From: Nemertoderma westbladi
Lineage: Eukaryota; Animalia; Xenacoelomorpha
Direction of reading: 5' to 3'
Assembly: GCA_032718475.1 (NCBI GenBank)
Contig: JAUCBJ010002721.1
Location: 9,935 to 73,934, forward strand
DNA: 64,000 nucleotides
Shown here: positions 45,969-60,145 of the stretch, in pieces
Layout of the letters: each line of letters begins with the position of its first letter
Numbering within the stretch: the stretch's first letter is position 1
Position numbers and translations under genes: made by a program
The notes under the pieces: model-generated
What the model saw: only the letters and a program-made list of their open reading frames with translations
Told to the model about the DNA's origin: nothing
The model's database searches: none

Positions 45969-47807
45969 CTAAAAATGACGTTTTAAGTTAAGAAATTTTA
46001 AGGTTAAGTGGAAGTTAATTTTATAAAAAAAAAACATATAATTGAGTCACCAAGCATGGGATAGATAAATTTTAGCCATCTTCGGCCATTGTGTTCTTTC
46101 TGTGTTTTACTGTAAAGTTAAATAAACTTAAATTCGTAATCATTATTCCCGAGTACATAAATCATTTATATTTTAATTTGGTATCCATTATTTATTACAC
46201 ATTCACACGGAAAACGGCTCAATCACAAAAGTTTAAATTCGTTGACTTCAATTCACATCACTCAGGAGGTCGTGGGTTCGATCCCACCAAGAAGGGCGCA
46301 TCTCTGACTCTGCCATATTGTATCCCCAAATAGTAGGTACTGTAAATGAGTACTATAGTTTCCCCTGGGGACCGCACTGAAAGTAAGTAGTCTGATTTTA
46401 TGTGTACCGGTAAATCCCTGGTCTGTTGTTAATCTTTCAATGAGGCTTCATGTTTTTTGTTTAATGGAGTCAGATATACGATTATGGGGTGAAATAGGCC
46501 CTGCATCGGACAGATAAGAATTATTGATTCCTTTTCCTACGCTGCGTTATTCTAAGGTTTCCCCTCCCCTTTGCAGGTATAACGATTTTATCGAGTGTAT
46601 CTGTTTTCCGGAGAGGTATGGAAGTGCATGTTGGACTGATTTCGCAGCTGCATATTATCGTTATTGTATGGTCTCTCCCCGGTGCGCTATTGTTTAATTA
46701 ATGCTAGGAGCGAGGCTGAACGGAAATGGGACGATGGATTTACATCCTTAATAAATATTGCGTATTGATTATACTGTATAAGCATTATGCACTATGCAGT
46801 ACACCTTTATCATATACGTCTTAACATCTCTATTGGATCAATCTCTATTGAACTAAGAAGCAGTGAATATCGAACACATTCGTATCTGAATAAAAGACGT
46901 AATGCGTCGTAGAAAAATTATAAATAATTAATGAAGTTCAAGTAAAGTAAACATGTTGAAAGTTAATGGAGGAAAGTTACTTTCATAGGTCATCGTTCTT
47001 ATGTTATTTGAATATTGCTTTAATTAAGAATAGTGTGTAGTGCATAAAATCTTGAAAATTTGTTTGGAGTTAGAAAGTGTGGGAAAGGCAGAAAGAAGGG
47101 AGCGATTTTTATACATCCTGTATAGGCCAGGCGTACTGGGTACTGACGTTATGACACTGGGTAATAAAGCCTTTTGCTTATGTTGTGGCTTGGCCCACAA
47201 TCAGCAGTTTTTTATTTGTAAATAAATTGCAATAAGTTGTGGTGTTACAGTGTTAGCCGGCAGAAGTAAGTCTGGTGTAAAAAGTACTACCGGTAGGCCT
47301 ACTGGTCACAGGGTCAATGTCAATCCTCAGAATCTTAGGCTGTGAGGTGTGTCGTTCAGCCGGTACAGGTACCGGTGCATTTGTACCTTAGGCCTATGGC
47401 AGTATGGTAGGTACCGTGCGGCTGCGGAGTTTTCTAGTGTTTCTGATTTCACTTGCCATGCTTGCCGATCGGACAGCGCAGTGGTACCGACTACCATATG
47501 GCAGCACTGATAGGCAAGCAGCCATCGTTGCCATTGGTGCATCCTAGTGGTTGTGGCCCTAAATATCTATTTATGTATGAAGGCCTACTGTACAGTGGTA
47601 TAGTACAGTAGTAGGCCTAGGCTGCTAGGCAGCTAGGCGCTAGGCCCTACAGTAACATTGATATCCATTTAGCCATCATTAATACAAGTTACAGCCATCA
47701 ACTCAAATCAGCATGTACTTCTTCAAGCAGTCTTGTCGTAATTGATTTTTGATTACCATATTATTGTGTGTCGGGACCAGACCACACAGACAATTCGATT
47801 TATGTAA

Positions 47808-48317
47808 ATGACGTTGGACGACATTGCCGCTCCAGACTTATATCGCGACACTGTTATCCGATACCTAGGCTACTCCAATGAGGTCGGGGAGTCATTCCGC
47901 CCTTTAGTTAATGTGCGACTGGTACATTTCAGCTACCTAGTAGCTAGTGGGTATGTACTGGCTGATGCTGCAGATAAAGCCACCAAGGCTGCTACCAATA
48001 TAAAGCACTCGGATAGCTCAAACAGTTCAGATATATGGATGCGGCCTGTTGTAGCGTTTTCTGATACTCTTTTATGGCAGGGTATGGCGTCTGTAGTAAT
48101 ACCGGGTTTTACTATCAACCGTATCTGCGCTTTGACGACTTTGTTCCTCTGTAAACTCTCCAAACTTCATTCTCCGTCGCCTGCAGTGAAATGGAACACG
48201 ACTGCTGTTGGGCTCTTGGCCATTCCGTTTATAATTAAACCTATAGACAACTTAGTTGATTGCATACTCAATAATTATATAAGGAAGTTCTACCCATTTA
48301 GTTGTAAACCGACCTAA
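47808..48317 (+). CDS. MTFP1: Mitochondrial fission process protein 1 (MTP18); intronless CDS nested antisense in a SMOC intron
   Basis: DLYRDT.IRYLGY.NEVGESFR, SY.VASGYVLAD..DK, DTLLWQ..ASV.IPGFTINRIC, TTAVGL..IPFIIKPID. Confidence 0.95.
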   Translation: MTLDDIAAPDLYRDTVIRYLGYSNEVGESFRPLVNVRLVHFSYLVASGYVLADAADKATKAATNIKHSDSSNSSDIWMRPVVAFSDTLLWQGMASVVIPGFTINRICALTTLFLCKLSKLHSPSPAVKWNTTAVGLLAIPFIIKPIDNLVDCILNNYIRKFYPFSCKPT

Positions 48318-49460
48318 CTCATATTTATGCAGTAATAATTCAATACATTTACTAATACAGATAATTGTTTCTAGCGAACAATTTTATTATTTTTAGATTG
48401 TTTTATTTCACTTAATTTTTCACTTTTATATATTATTAGTTCTGTATATTTCTCACATTAGTCTTTCGTCTTCATAGTTTAGTCTTCAATAATTAATTGG
48501 TCTTTTAATATAATATGTGCTACAATAGTATTATTATAAATATGTAGAATATAATATGGTTTAGTATTAGTATTTAAATATGTAGAATATAATATGGTTT
48601 AGTATTAGTATTTAAATATGTAGAATATATATATAATAACATGTGTTATTATTAGTAATTATTATGTAATATATAAATATATAATATGCTTATAAACAAA
48701 ATTGATGTGACAGTAAAATGTATTTTGTTGTCGTTTCCACATCGATATTGTCGATTTATGAATTGCGATTATTGGAAATCCTTCCCTTTCCTTACATTGG
48801 ATTTTTATATTGGTTTTTTAAACTAGTTCAGATGGGGTTGGCAAGAACTTTAGTTCTTTTGAGTAACTGGTTTAACCTTGATATTAATTTCTATTATTCA
48901 TATTATATTCTATAACAAAAGCTTATCCACAAAATTCTCGAATTATATTGGGAGTTGTTAATTTCTGACAGTGAACAAGCACTCTATTATTTGCTCCTAA
49001 GGCGGGTTTATTGTTGGTCACTCCCTAGGTGTCCGTCGACACGGCATATTTGTTATTAAAAGGTGGCGACTCTGCGTCACTTCCAAGGTCGCGTCACTGC
49101 CCTTAATAAACGATACGCCCTTATAATATAATACATGTATGTACTTAGATTAATATGCAGGTTTGGTAACAAGTTAATGTAATGGTTCGTCGCCTATGCA
49201 TTGTATCATAGTGGCTTATCTATACCCGCCCACTAAAATACTTAATACTTAAAGTATTAACATGGAGGTAATCTTTCCTTGGCTGTTAGCTGAAATGCAC
49301 GGATTTCGTCACACACACACCCAAGGTTGAACAACATTCGTAACTTTTATACAGTCTTGAGTCTTTAATTCCCCAGCAGAACCCCAAGACCATATCGCCC
49401 GGTGACCTGCCCCAACTACCAATTTATTATTATTTTGTTCCTACTAAATAACTAACTAAC

Positions 49461-49664
49461 CTGTGGAGCACTTTGGTGTGGTTCCTTTGACACTGGATCC
49501 AGCCACTGGTTTACCGTTCTCGTTTGCGCACCAGCAGTACTGTATGTGGCATTGTACTGGGTTGTATGAACCGTCGGCTTTGCACTCGGGTAGGTAGGCC
49601 CGTTTACCGGTATCTCTTGCGAATGTCTGGGCCGATGTCCGTTGGATCTGACACTTACTTAGAG
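49461..49664 (-). CDS. SMOC: SMOC exon: thyroglobulin-1 domain 1
   Basis: KCQIQR...YLPECKADGSYNPVQCH..YCWCANENGKPVAGSSV....KC; phase 1/1. Confidence 0.92.
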
Positions 49665-50556
49665 CTGCAATGGAACATGTAGTCATTTAGTATTTATCTC
49701 ATGGCTAATAAAGTAATACTTTATAGGGTAACAGTAAGTTTGCTATAAACTAACCAGAACGAAGCTAAGCCAATTGGTGAATATGTTTTACTTTTTTATG
49801 GCCGTGTTGTACGAAATTTTATTTCATAAGCAGAAACGCGTATTTATTTTAGTCAACCGCCTTTCAATATTAAATATTATTGCATCTTTGCGTTAATTCA
49901 GTTACAGAAGACAATACGAAATCCTATTTTGGTACTTTCTATAGAAATATTTGTACTTCGATACAGTTCCATTAGTTCCATTACAGTTACATTCGATTCA
50001 TTTCATTGGAAGTTAGAAACAATTATTGAGACAGGGGACAGGGGGGGGGGGGGGGGGGGGGGGGGGGTCTCGACGCAAAACCAGCCTTGGTGAATTAATA
50101 TCCCGCCTCAATGTTAAATTCTCAATTTAGGGAAAGGAGCAGGTTACAGTGGCACGTTATTTTAACCAAAACAATAAACTAAACACAATAGAACAGGTTA
50201 CAGTTTTATTTGTGAGAGTAATCAGCTGTTATTTGCGTTATTGCGAGAGGGATGCATTTTCATTGCGTCCAGTTTCCCCCCTATCTGGAACAATTAATTT
50301 TCGTTTACTTAAAAATTAAATACAGTATAATAATTAAATATTATTATTATTTAAAAATAATATTTGATAATAATATTTGAATATTTTTATTATGATAATA
50401 TTATTTGATGTTATAATATCCTGTCTCCTTTTATTAAAACAAATCGAAGTAAAGTTATATTAAAATAATTTATTCAATTAAAATGTATCGATGATGAATT
50501 GTAGTATATGTTTACGTACTTTTACTGTTAGTTTAAGAGGGATGCAGATGACTTAC

Positions 50557-50728
50557 ATGGGCCGGAAGTTGGACAGACTCCAGTGGATCGGAAGTGTAGC
50601 GTTGGGTTGTCCAGACATTTCTCCCGTTTGAGTTCGCACTTATTGGCGTAGGTCTGTCCGTCTGAACCACAGACTGGCCTGTATCTACGGTTCTCACAAC
50701 CTCGGTCTCGGTTACAATCATCTTCTGC
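50557..50728 (-). CDS. SMOC: SMOC exon: Kazal/follistatin domain
   Basis: C...C...RPVCGSDGQTYANKCEL...KC........GVC; phase 0/1. Confidence 0.92.
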
Positions 50729-50869
50729 CTGCAGTAATATAAAGGACAAAGTTTGTAAATAATGCACCCCCTCCCCTATCTTACCTCTAAAGAAAATGGT
50801 GACTCTCACTGAGTTTGTAAAATAATATTATAATTTTCGCGCGATTTGTTACGTTTTGCATTAGGAGAT

Positions 50870-51060
50870 TATTTCCGCCGTGAGGACCAGCCAGTGCACA
50901 ATCTTGTGCTTTGACAGCCCCGATGGAGAAAATAAGCATGGTGGGCAGCCCATGACTTTCGTGAGACGCCTCCTAAAGGACACTGGCCTTGAAGATGCGA
51001 GTAATCTCGCGAAAGTCATGGGGGTTAGGGAGTTGTCGCGAGCAATTTTTTCGATAATCC
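50870..51060 (+). mobile_element. 3' fragment of an RTE-like LINE
   Basis: Closely similar to 10965-11160. Confidence 0.7.
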
Positions 51061-51294
51061 TGTATGATATTCTTAATGCATGCTGCATTGGATAATGTCC
51101 ATTGTGGATTGCATGGTGCAGCACAGATTTATTGTTAAGCAAGGACATCTCAATGTGCAGCCGCAATGCAGCAGACCAATTATTATAGAATGTATTTTTT
51201 CACTGGATTGATATAAACATTTTCTAGTCGTCTAGAGTCCAGCCAGCCCTATAGCCACATAATTACGATTCATTGCCGGCCCTCTCTCAAAGCA

Positions 51295-53000
51295 ACAGCT
51301 CCGTAGTTCGCGATCAGCCATATACCTACCCAATTCAGCTGCATTATAAAGACCTGTGTGGTTTAGCAGATGTTTCCGGAATGATAATATTAGACCGCCA
51401 TGTTCCTTCTCGCCTTCTGATTACCAAAGAACTAAATCATGTACAGGGTGATCAGTTCTACATTAGCAGTAACTGGCGAGACTCATCCGTTGTGCATGAA
51501 GGGTGCTGCTCGGTTTTGTCAATTCTCGTCAACTACCCAAAAATGTATAGGCGCCTCGTATTTCTAATTATGATTGTATTTTATGCAATAAACCCTATTC
51601 AGCTTCCTGTTGTATGTACCATCTATGAATATGGTGACTTCTCTAGTAAGATCCCAGCAGGGGCTGTCGTATAGCAGTAAAGTTGCTGTCAGAATAAATG
51701 TATCTTCATAGAAGGCATGATTTACATACCCTTCAACCGTTTGGTCAGGTTTGAATCTTTCTAACGGCTGTACTTTATCCTATTTTGCATACCAACCTTA
51801 CTTTACTTTAGATGGTACGGAAATAATTAATAATTGAGCCGATTGTGGTTCCAGGAATCATTAATGGCGTCCATTGTTACAGACAAATATCGATTGAAAG
51901 GAATTTCAGACATGGATTTGCAAATGGGGCGTTTGTAAGGTGATATTATTCGCGCGTTTCAAATATTTCCGATGAATGCAGGGCATTGTAAAGCGAAATT
52001 ATTAATTATGGAATGAGATTGCCAGGCCCATTAATGTAGTGGATAAAGGGGTTCTATATAAAGTGCCTCACTTTAGCTTATAGATCGTGGACTTTAGATT
52101 GGGAGTTTCACCACCACACCGCATACATAGGCGTAAATATCACGGCTAGCTGCTAATATTGCACTTGAACTGAAAGAGCGTCACAATGATGGATTCTGGG
52201 CCCCACAATATGGAGTGTTAGCCCGACAAAGAACCCATTACTCTGAGAGGGTCTCTAGTACTATATACCCTTTGATGGTTCATTCAATAACTTAAGTTGA
52301 GGAAGAGGGCACTTGTCGCAAAAACGATTAATCGGTTCTTTGTTCTCAAGAGGAATGCTCTGAGATTAAAGAAGGCCTAGATGTTGGTTACCTTGGCTGA
52401 CTGGGGAACTTTACTGTGTGTGTGGGGCCACTCCTCTATACAGAGTGCGAATTTGATTAACGGGCATGCTGACTGCTGAGTATAGAGGTCTACTTATTGC
52501 AGTACTCCGTAGTCATGAATTCCGCTTAAACTACTGAAACCAAGAATAACAGTTGTTGTCACTCGTGATCTGGTTTCGTAATACAGTAGGTTGTCCTTGT
52601 TGAGGAAAACGGTTTAGTTGATAATGTTTTTGTTTTATAACGAATTTTTTTTTTGTTACCTACGATGACATATGTTTTAAATTGGCAAACTTTCTAGGTG
52701 CTGCCTGTAGCTGTAAGTAATTTAATGATCCCTTGAATCTGGTTTGGTATAGTCGATGGCCAGGCCATGCCTCCCTTTTTACCAATCCACTCGCGCCCAG
52801 ACGAATACAGAACCTCTCGCTACTATTTATTACACGTAGAGGAGATAAACCATTGAATAATTTAGTTTCCACCTACTTTCCTACCTCCATCACGTCCAAC
52901 TGACAAGGTTACTTAGCAGAAGACAGTTGGACGTGCAATATGATATTTGTAATCATAGCAGTTTATCTCATAATTAGCCATTTGGAAAGATAATGCAGCG
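51295..53000 (-). pseudogene. Highly decayed RTE-like LINE ORF2
   Basis: Minus-strand remnants LLYDSPCWDLT...IDGTYNRKL and VHDLVLW...HGG...TGL.NAAEL..YMADREL, with many stops; upstream limit uncertain. Confidence 0.5.
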
Positions 53001-54547
53001 CCTTAACTCTAGACGTCATACCATATGTCACCCGGAATGTTTGTTGGCTATTATAAATTGGCACTTGAACGAAATATCTTCAAACATTTCCACTACCTGA
53101 TGTCCAGAGTATATAATTTAATGATGAACCAAAATGTTCCAATAGTATAGGGATTTTGGATGAAGCATGTTCCGTTAAGCTGTTTACTCTACGGAACTAC
53201 CTTCATGCCACACAGCTGTAATCGGAACCAGGCTTCTCTGGTGGGGAGCAAAATTGGTTGGATTGTGTTAGTGTGGCACCCTTCCTAACTGACAACAGGC
53301 AACTAACAAGAGAGAGGAACATTCGGGTTGACCAGAATAGCAAATCAGATTATTTTAAATGAATATTATTTGGGTACTAACTTAGCATTGTTCCGCTTCA
53401 CAAACCAGAAAAATAACAATTAGTTAGATTTAATTAGCACTTACGTGATCACACCACACTGGAGCTTAAAATTAATTGTGGTGTACGTTTTAGCGCTCAA
53501 ATTACATGTACATAACAGCCGAATCAATTTTGGTTATATTAATTAGTTATATATTTATGGAAATAAAGTTCCGTAAATCAGTAAAGTTCGTCTTACAAAG
53601 TACCAATTGATAAACACTCAGCCAGGGTGTCCTGTCAATAAATGTACACCTTTGATACAAGTCTGGCCTTCCCTTCACCCTATCTGCAATTAACTCACCT
53701 TATCTTCTTTGATTTGGCTATCCAATTCCTCCCTTAATGTAGGTAAAAGCAACATTATTTATGTCTATCTTACTTGTCAACGGTTTTTATAATTATCAAC
53801 ATAATTTACATGACATTTGGTTGATAAAGAACTTCAATTGCAATCTATTTAAATGTTACTATATTTTTCGAACATTTAAGAGAAAAACATGCAATTTATA
53901 ACAAATCCATCAAATTAATTAATGGATGGGACTGCTAAAGGGATTTTACTTCAACAGATACAAGACATCACTTTACGTAGAGTTTGCTTGGACTTATTCC
54001 TATTGTATTGTACGGCTATTATTTATAGTGCCTCCATGTTTAGAGAGATTTATAAGGGGCCCAAATACTTACAATAACAACTAAGGTGTCAAAACGTTCC
54101 GCCTAAAACACAATTCGCTAATGATTGCATGTATGTGAATATTGTTCATTATTTTTGGTATGTTCACTGCTCGAACCCCCGGCGACATATATTTTAATAT
54201 GCCATGACAAACAATATCTCAAGCATACTAAAGCCAATAATATTCTGAAGAGAAATATGATGGGGGTAAAAAGCTGTCAATCAAAAACACAACCAAAAAT
54301 CCAATTAGTTGAAAATTCTTTAAAAAATGGGAAGCGCAGAAGCTGAAGGAAAGAAGAACCAATTACATAAGATAACCACTTCCTCGCAGACAATAGCCAC
54401 TTGGATAAATGTAGGCAGGTGGAGAGATGGTTGTGTGGCAGTATGTTACTGTACGTGGCAGCAATGCGCAGATAACGACACAAACTATATAGAATAAAGA
54501 ATGTTGCTAAATAAGATAACATATTGAGTATTAATGAAATAACTTAC

Positions 54548-54616
54548 CGATTGCGTGGCAGACGTGAGTAAGATGACGTGTAGCACACACGTAGTTAAGT
54601 ATGATGGTAGCTGCAT
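54548..54616 (-). CDS. SMOC: SMOC first coding exon (signal peptide)
   Basis: MQLPSYLTTCVLHVILLTSATQS followed by gtaagt; phase 0 fits the Kazal exon. Confidence 0.7.
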
Positions 54617-55884
54617 TGTCGTTGACCAGTTTGTAACACAACAAAGTGGAAGATAGTGTCCAATAAATTATAAAACAATTATGAATTAAATTAACAAATT
54701 AAATCATCAACATTGACGTTTGTTTGTCAATCACAAATATTAAAAAAAATTAAAGATTGTATGTTTCTATAAATATTAACGCTATACAGTTCTCAGTGTT
54801 GTAGCATCGTTTTTCTATTTCGTTTATTGTTTTGGTTAAATTGATTCCTCACTTCTTGCTTCCGTAAATTTTATTTTTAGGTTAAACAAGAATACTTAAC
54901 ATGGATCTGGAAAAATAATTGAAAATAAGTATATAATAATATGAATATAATAAAATAGTAAATTAATTAAAATGTAGTAATAATTATTATGAATTTATAC
55001 CACAAGATAAACCGCCGTTGATTTGAGGCAATGCTGGAATTCTAGCTGGCTTTATTCTTTCATATGATCTGTACCAATAAGATTAGCCAATCACAGGGTG
55101 TGATAGTACCAGTTCTGCTCCACAGCACATATAAGCCAATCTACCTGGTTTGCTAGCAATGGGTGGCAGGCACCAAGGCCTAAACTTTAGGCTATACAGG
55201 ACATGGCAAAGTGTAGGCGAAATTTTTGTATTCGAGGCCGTACTTTAATTCCTTTAAAAATATAAATGTACCTTTTTAAAGTTTAAATTTAGTATAAATA
55301 TAGTGTATTAGTATTAATATTAGTGTAAATATAGTATAAATTTATAGTAATTATAAAGTTATTATAAAATGAATACATTTTTCCCCAAAATAAATACACA
55401 TTCCCTCAAAATAAATGGTTATTCCACCAAAATAATCAAATATTCTACCAAAATATACAGACTCTTAGTTACAGACTCTCAGTTGCAGACTATTGGTACG
55501 AGGATCGTCGGGTGAGTCAAAAACAAACACCCAACTTTATTGCCCGTTCTGTACAAATCAAAGAGGTAAAGTCGCGTTAGGACCCAAAGAGCGTTAGGTC
55601 CCATTGCCATTTAAAGGAGCAGGTTAGTAAAGGAGCAGGTTACAGAGGCGTGTTGGGGGAACTAAAACAATATACTAAAGTTAACACATGTCACAAGATT
55701 ATGCAGGTCTTTATAATTGGGTCTTTGTTTTGTACTCATCCGAGGATCGTCAGTATTATATTATTAAACATTTTGTTTGATTTATGGAAATAAATGATGA
55801 ATGAATTTGTATAATTCAATTTTCAATAAAGTATTTGGTATTGGAAGAATTGTTTTTGATTGACAAGTAATTATTTTAGGGAGA

Positions 55885-56010
55885 TTGAATTATTGTTTTT
55901 GGGGGAATGAATAATTGTTTTTGGGGGAATAAATAATTGTTTTTGGGGTATGAATAATTGTTTTTGGGGGAATGAATAATTGTTTTTGGGGATGAATTAT
56001 TGTTTTTGGT
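55885..56010. repeat. ~22-bp minisatellite
   Basis: GAATAATTGTTTTTGGGGGAAT units. Confidence 0.85.
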
Positions 56011-58349
56011 GAGAGAAATATAAAAAATTGGGGTATGTAAATTGGCGCTAAAAAAATATATTTTGAACCAAATAATTTTTTTAGTGTGAAATCATATAAT
56101 TTGGGGTGGCATTCAATTAGTGGCGAAAATTTTTTAGGGCAAATTATAAAGTTGCTCAAAACCATACAAAATCCTATTCTTTATCGCTTTTTTGGAAGTG
56201 GATTGGAGTATAATATATCTAATGTTTAGTTCAGAGGCCTTACAGGTATTATTCGTACGGGCGCCAAATTTGGGTGCTGCACGAAATTATAAAAATTTAT
56301 TATTTTGAAATTATCATTATTAGACCTTTATTCCCGCGATTTATGGGTGTTCTGTGATCGCGAATTCAATGGATTTGAAATGAAGTTTATAGGAGTTAAG
56401 CAACTGCCATATTTCGTGCAGGTCGAAATTTCCAAATTATTTTTTTAAATATTCATTGTATAGATCTATATTCCCGTGATTTATAGGTTTTCTGTGATTG
56501 TGAATGTAATGGTAATAAAATGGAGTTCATACAAGTAACGCAAATGCCATTTATATAAATATAATATACATGCAAATGCCATTTAAAATATAATATACAC
56601 CGGGGTCTCAATGTGCATCTGTCAAATGCAAAGTGCCATTTGTCAAATGGACACTAGACAGTTGTCTGTTGCCCTATCTAAATTAATGTATAGTGCTACT
56701 ACTGTATTACTGTTTAAATCGATATGGCTTTGTTTAGCTCAGGGGATGTAAAAGCTTCTGTGGGATATAACTGGCCCCTTTGCTTCGCAATCCAGTTTCC
56801 CCCCAGGCGCTGGAATACTCTAAAAAAGGTTCTCTAACTGTATATATATTCCCCTCGCCCGCAAGGTACCGTTACAGGTGTTTTAACGGACATAAAAGTC
56901 ATTCTGCTATATACGTGTTTTAGCGGACATGGTAAGGCAAAAAACCCGCAATACGGCAAATACTTTTACACAGCTTAGCCGTGATGATTCAGATTACGAC
57001 ATCTAGCAGCTGGTTGCTTAAATGGAAACAGCCATTGGACGCATGGTTCTTTGTTTGGCTTCAGCCAATCAGAGCGATTCTCTCTGTCGATGTGGAGCTT
57101 TGAGCCGATCATACTGGGATTGTTCAGTCTTACAGTTTTTTACTGATACTTTGTTGTTATTGCTGTCTAAGCCAGAAACAACGGCTCTAGCAAGAAACAT
57201 TAGTAGGCTTAAGATTATAGAGCGTATGACTGTTATCAGTTCGACGGTTCATAACAACTCACATATCGGTCCATATCAGTGCATATCATATCTTAACCTA
57301 CCGTCTTAATGTTTTTACTGTTGTCATATCTTATATCAGTGGATTGAATATTATTTGGAGAACATTTATAAAGAACCCAAATTTCCCAATTTTCTTGATA
57401 CACTACAGGTTAGAGAGGCGGGTTATATATATAGCGATTGCGACTTATATTATTGTGGTGTGTATTGAATTTAATGCTATTTGATAAGCCCTACATGAGT
57501 CCGTTGCTATTCTCTTTATATATGATAAAATTCATTGACGGTCGGCAAATTAGTGAGCAGTATTGTGCGTTACCGGTAGTGTGCATGATTGTGGCTGATA
57601 ACTAAGCATTTCCTAAAGAATGCGCCTCATACGTGAATCATAAGCCTTACCGACTTACCGTTGTGATTAGTGTAAGTCATATCTCTGTCTATCTAGATAG
57701 AGCGCCACGTCCTAAAGGAACTGTTAATATTTCCCGAAAGTGAATAATATTAGTCAGAAATTATTTATTAACGATCAATCGAATAATACAATACCGTAAG
57801 CTTCACTGCAATAATAATCTAAGCCCTCAGAATCCAGTCTCCCGGGATTATCCAGCGGGTGAATGGACGCGCACTAGGCTGGCTTCTGCTAATGTTGTGT
57901 TTATTGGTATTAAATATTGTCATCTTCTAGAGTCGATTTATAAACCAAAAAGACATATAAATTTTGGCAGGTTAAACTGCTAAAGGTCTTCAAAAGCGCG
58001 TACAATAACAGTCATTGACTTTATTGCAGTAAGCAATAAAGTTGAAAGTACCGGTCAACCGGTAAACCTGAACCGGTACTTCTGTAGGTCAGTAGGCCCA
58101 ACTGCCAGAACCGGTACTGCCGTGGGTCCGTAGGTCCAACTGTCAGAACCGGTACTTCTGTAGGTCTGTAGGCCCAACTGTCCTAACCGGTACTTCCAGT
58201 ATAAGACATTAGTATTATTTCGATTGTGATCTATTGTATATAGTAGGCTGCCAGGGGAATAGGGATTGATCACCCCTCATTCTTTTGTATAGTTTACTTA
58301 TTTCTGTCAGTTTTATTTCCTAGTAAGTTAATGTTGAGCTGAAGACGTG

Positions 58350-58945
58350 TAAGTCTGCTCAGATTGTTCAGATAATTGTAGGCCGGACTGTTGTCGGATT
58401 GTTGTTGGGTTTGAAAAGATTACGGCGTGTGTAGAGTTTGTCCGATAGAGTGCCAGTTAGTAAGTTGGGGCAGCCATCGCTGTAAGGTCAATCCCCTCTT
58501 AAAGAATAAGTCGTACTACCGTGTTAGAACGCATACTAACTAACAATTTTGGAATCTGCACATACTGTAGTTTATTTAGGCTTGACAGTAGTCTGCCAGC
58601 GTTTTAGCCTGTGTTTGTTTGTGTGGTCTGTTCAGGTACCGTAATAGTTATTACTCAGATATTTGTAGGCTGGATTGTTGTCTAGCTATTATTAGGTCTG
58701 AAGAGATTGCTGCGTGTGTAGAGTTTGTCTGATAAAGCTCCGTTAGTAAGTTGGGGCAGCCATAGCGGTAAGGTCAATCCCCTCTTAAAGAATAAGTCGT
58801 ACTACCGTGTTAGAACGCATACTAACTAACTATTTCAGAATCTACACGTACGGTAGTTTATTTAGGCTTGGTGGTAGTCTGCCAGCGTTTTGGTTTGTAT
58901 TTGTTTGAGTATTCTGTACGGGTAGCGTAATATTTATTATTCAGA
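58350..58945. repeat. Tandem duplication of ~300 bp in the retrotransposon leader
   Basis: TAAGGTCAATCCCCTCTTAAAGAATAAGTCGTACTACCGTGTTAGAACGCATACTAACTAAC occurs at about 58483 and 58769 (about 286 bp apart). Confidence 0.9.
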
Positions 58946-60145
58946 GTTTATGCGATTATTCGCAACATTCATGTCCCCAAGTTTATTCCTACAGTAATTG
59001 TGTTTGTTACACATACCGTTATAGTTAAATTAACCCTGGTACTACACGGGCTGCTTGGCGTAGGTAAAGACTGGTGACTTTGTGCTTCGGTCACTCCAGC
59101 AGATGCCGTGGTTCTTTTAGCTGTTCAAGTATATTTAACTGCTGATTATTTGTTATACTAGTACTTGTACCTAATTTAGGGTTTAGTGTACAGTGCTTTC
59201 CGAAGTAATTAGTGTGTAGGCAGTATATTTGTGTTGTAAAGTGGTTAATAGGCACGCTGGATCTGGTAGTCCGCGGTAATTAACTTCTAGGTAGGAACAA
59301 TCCGTGATACATAACGTAGTACCTATAGCGATACGGTTATAGGTCGTCAGGCGGTGGTATTTTCCTATCTGGACAACGCAGTGTATTTACTACTACTTAT
59401 TATTTTCAAATACCGTAGTACCCTGTCCATTGTAATAACCAGAATTCTAACCCTTTGTTAGGCTGGTTTGTAGACTTCCTGTAAAATTACCCTAAAAATT
59501 CGTACGTAATATTTTTGTTGTGTTTAACTAGAGATTTAATCTCACCCGTATCGTAAGTAATTTGTAGTATTAAGTAACTTAGGTAAATTAGAATTATCTG
59601 TTTTAGTGTCCCATAGGTAGCACTTCACTGAGAGCGCACAGCTTCTGTGTAGTGACTCCCCCAGAAATAATAACATTTATTTCAAATATTGACAAAACCC
59701 TTTTAAACGGGTATATAAATATTATAAATCAACTCAAACGATTTATAAATAGTAGGCCTGCCATACAACAACTAGGTCTCAATATCAGTTGGACTACTGC
59801 TTAAATAACGGTAATAAAGTAAGTTAAAGTAACCAAGTAACCCTAAAATATTCAGAAATTCAATTATTCTAAAATAATTGACATACCGGTATTTACCATA
59901 GGCTTATTATATTTATTTCTATAAATTTGTGCTAAAATTATATACCGGTACTCTGTGACAAATCTAGTCTGTAATAATACTTATATATATATTATAAGCA
60001 TACCGGTATTCTAATATATTATATATATATCACGCTACACTGAGTAGCAGTATCGGTAATTAATTATTAGGCTAACAGTGATACTGAATTACTAGACTTG
60101 CTTTAACTGTAATATAGCAGTAGGCATTCAACTGTACAATCAAAC

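Noticed and set aside
54277-54522. Hydrophobic ORF as the SMOC signal-peptide exon
   Set aside because: 54548-54616 has a better signal peptide, a canonical donor and the right phase.
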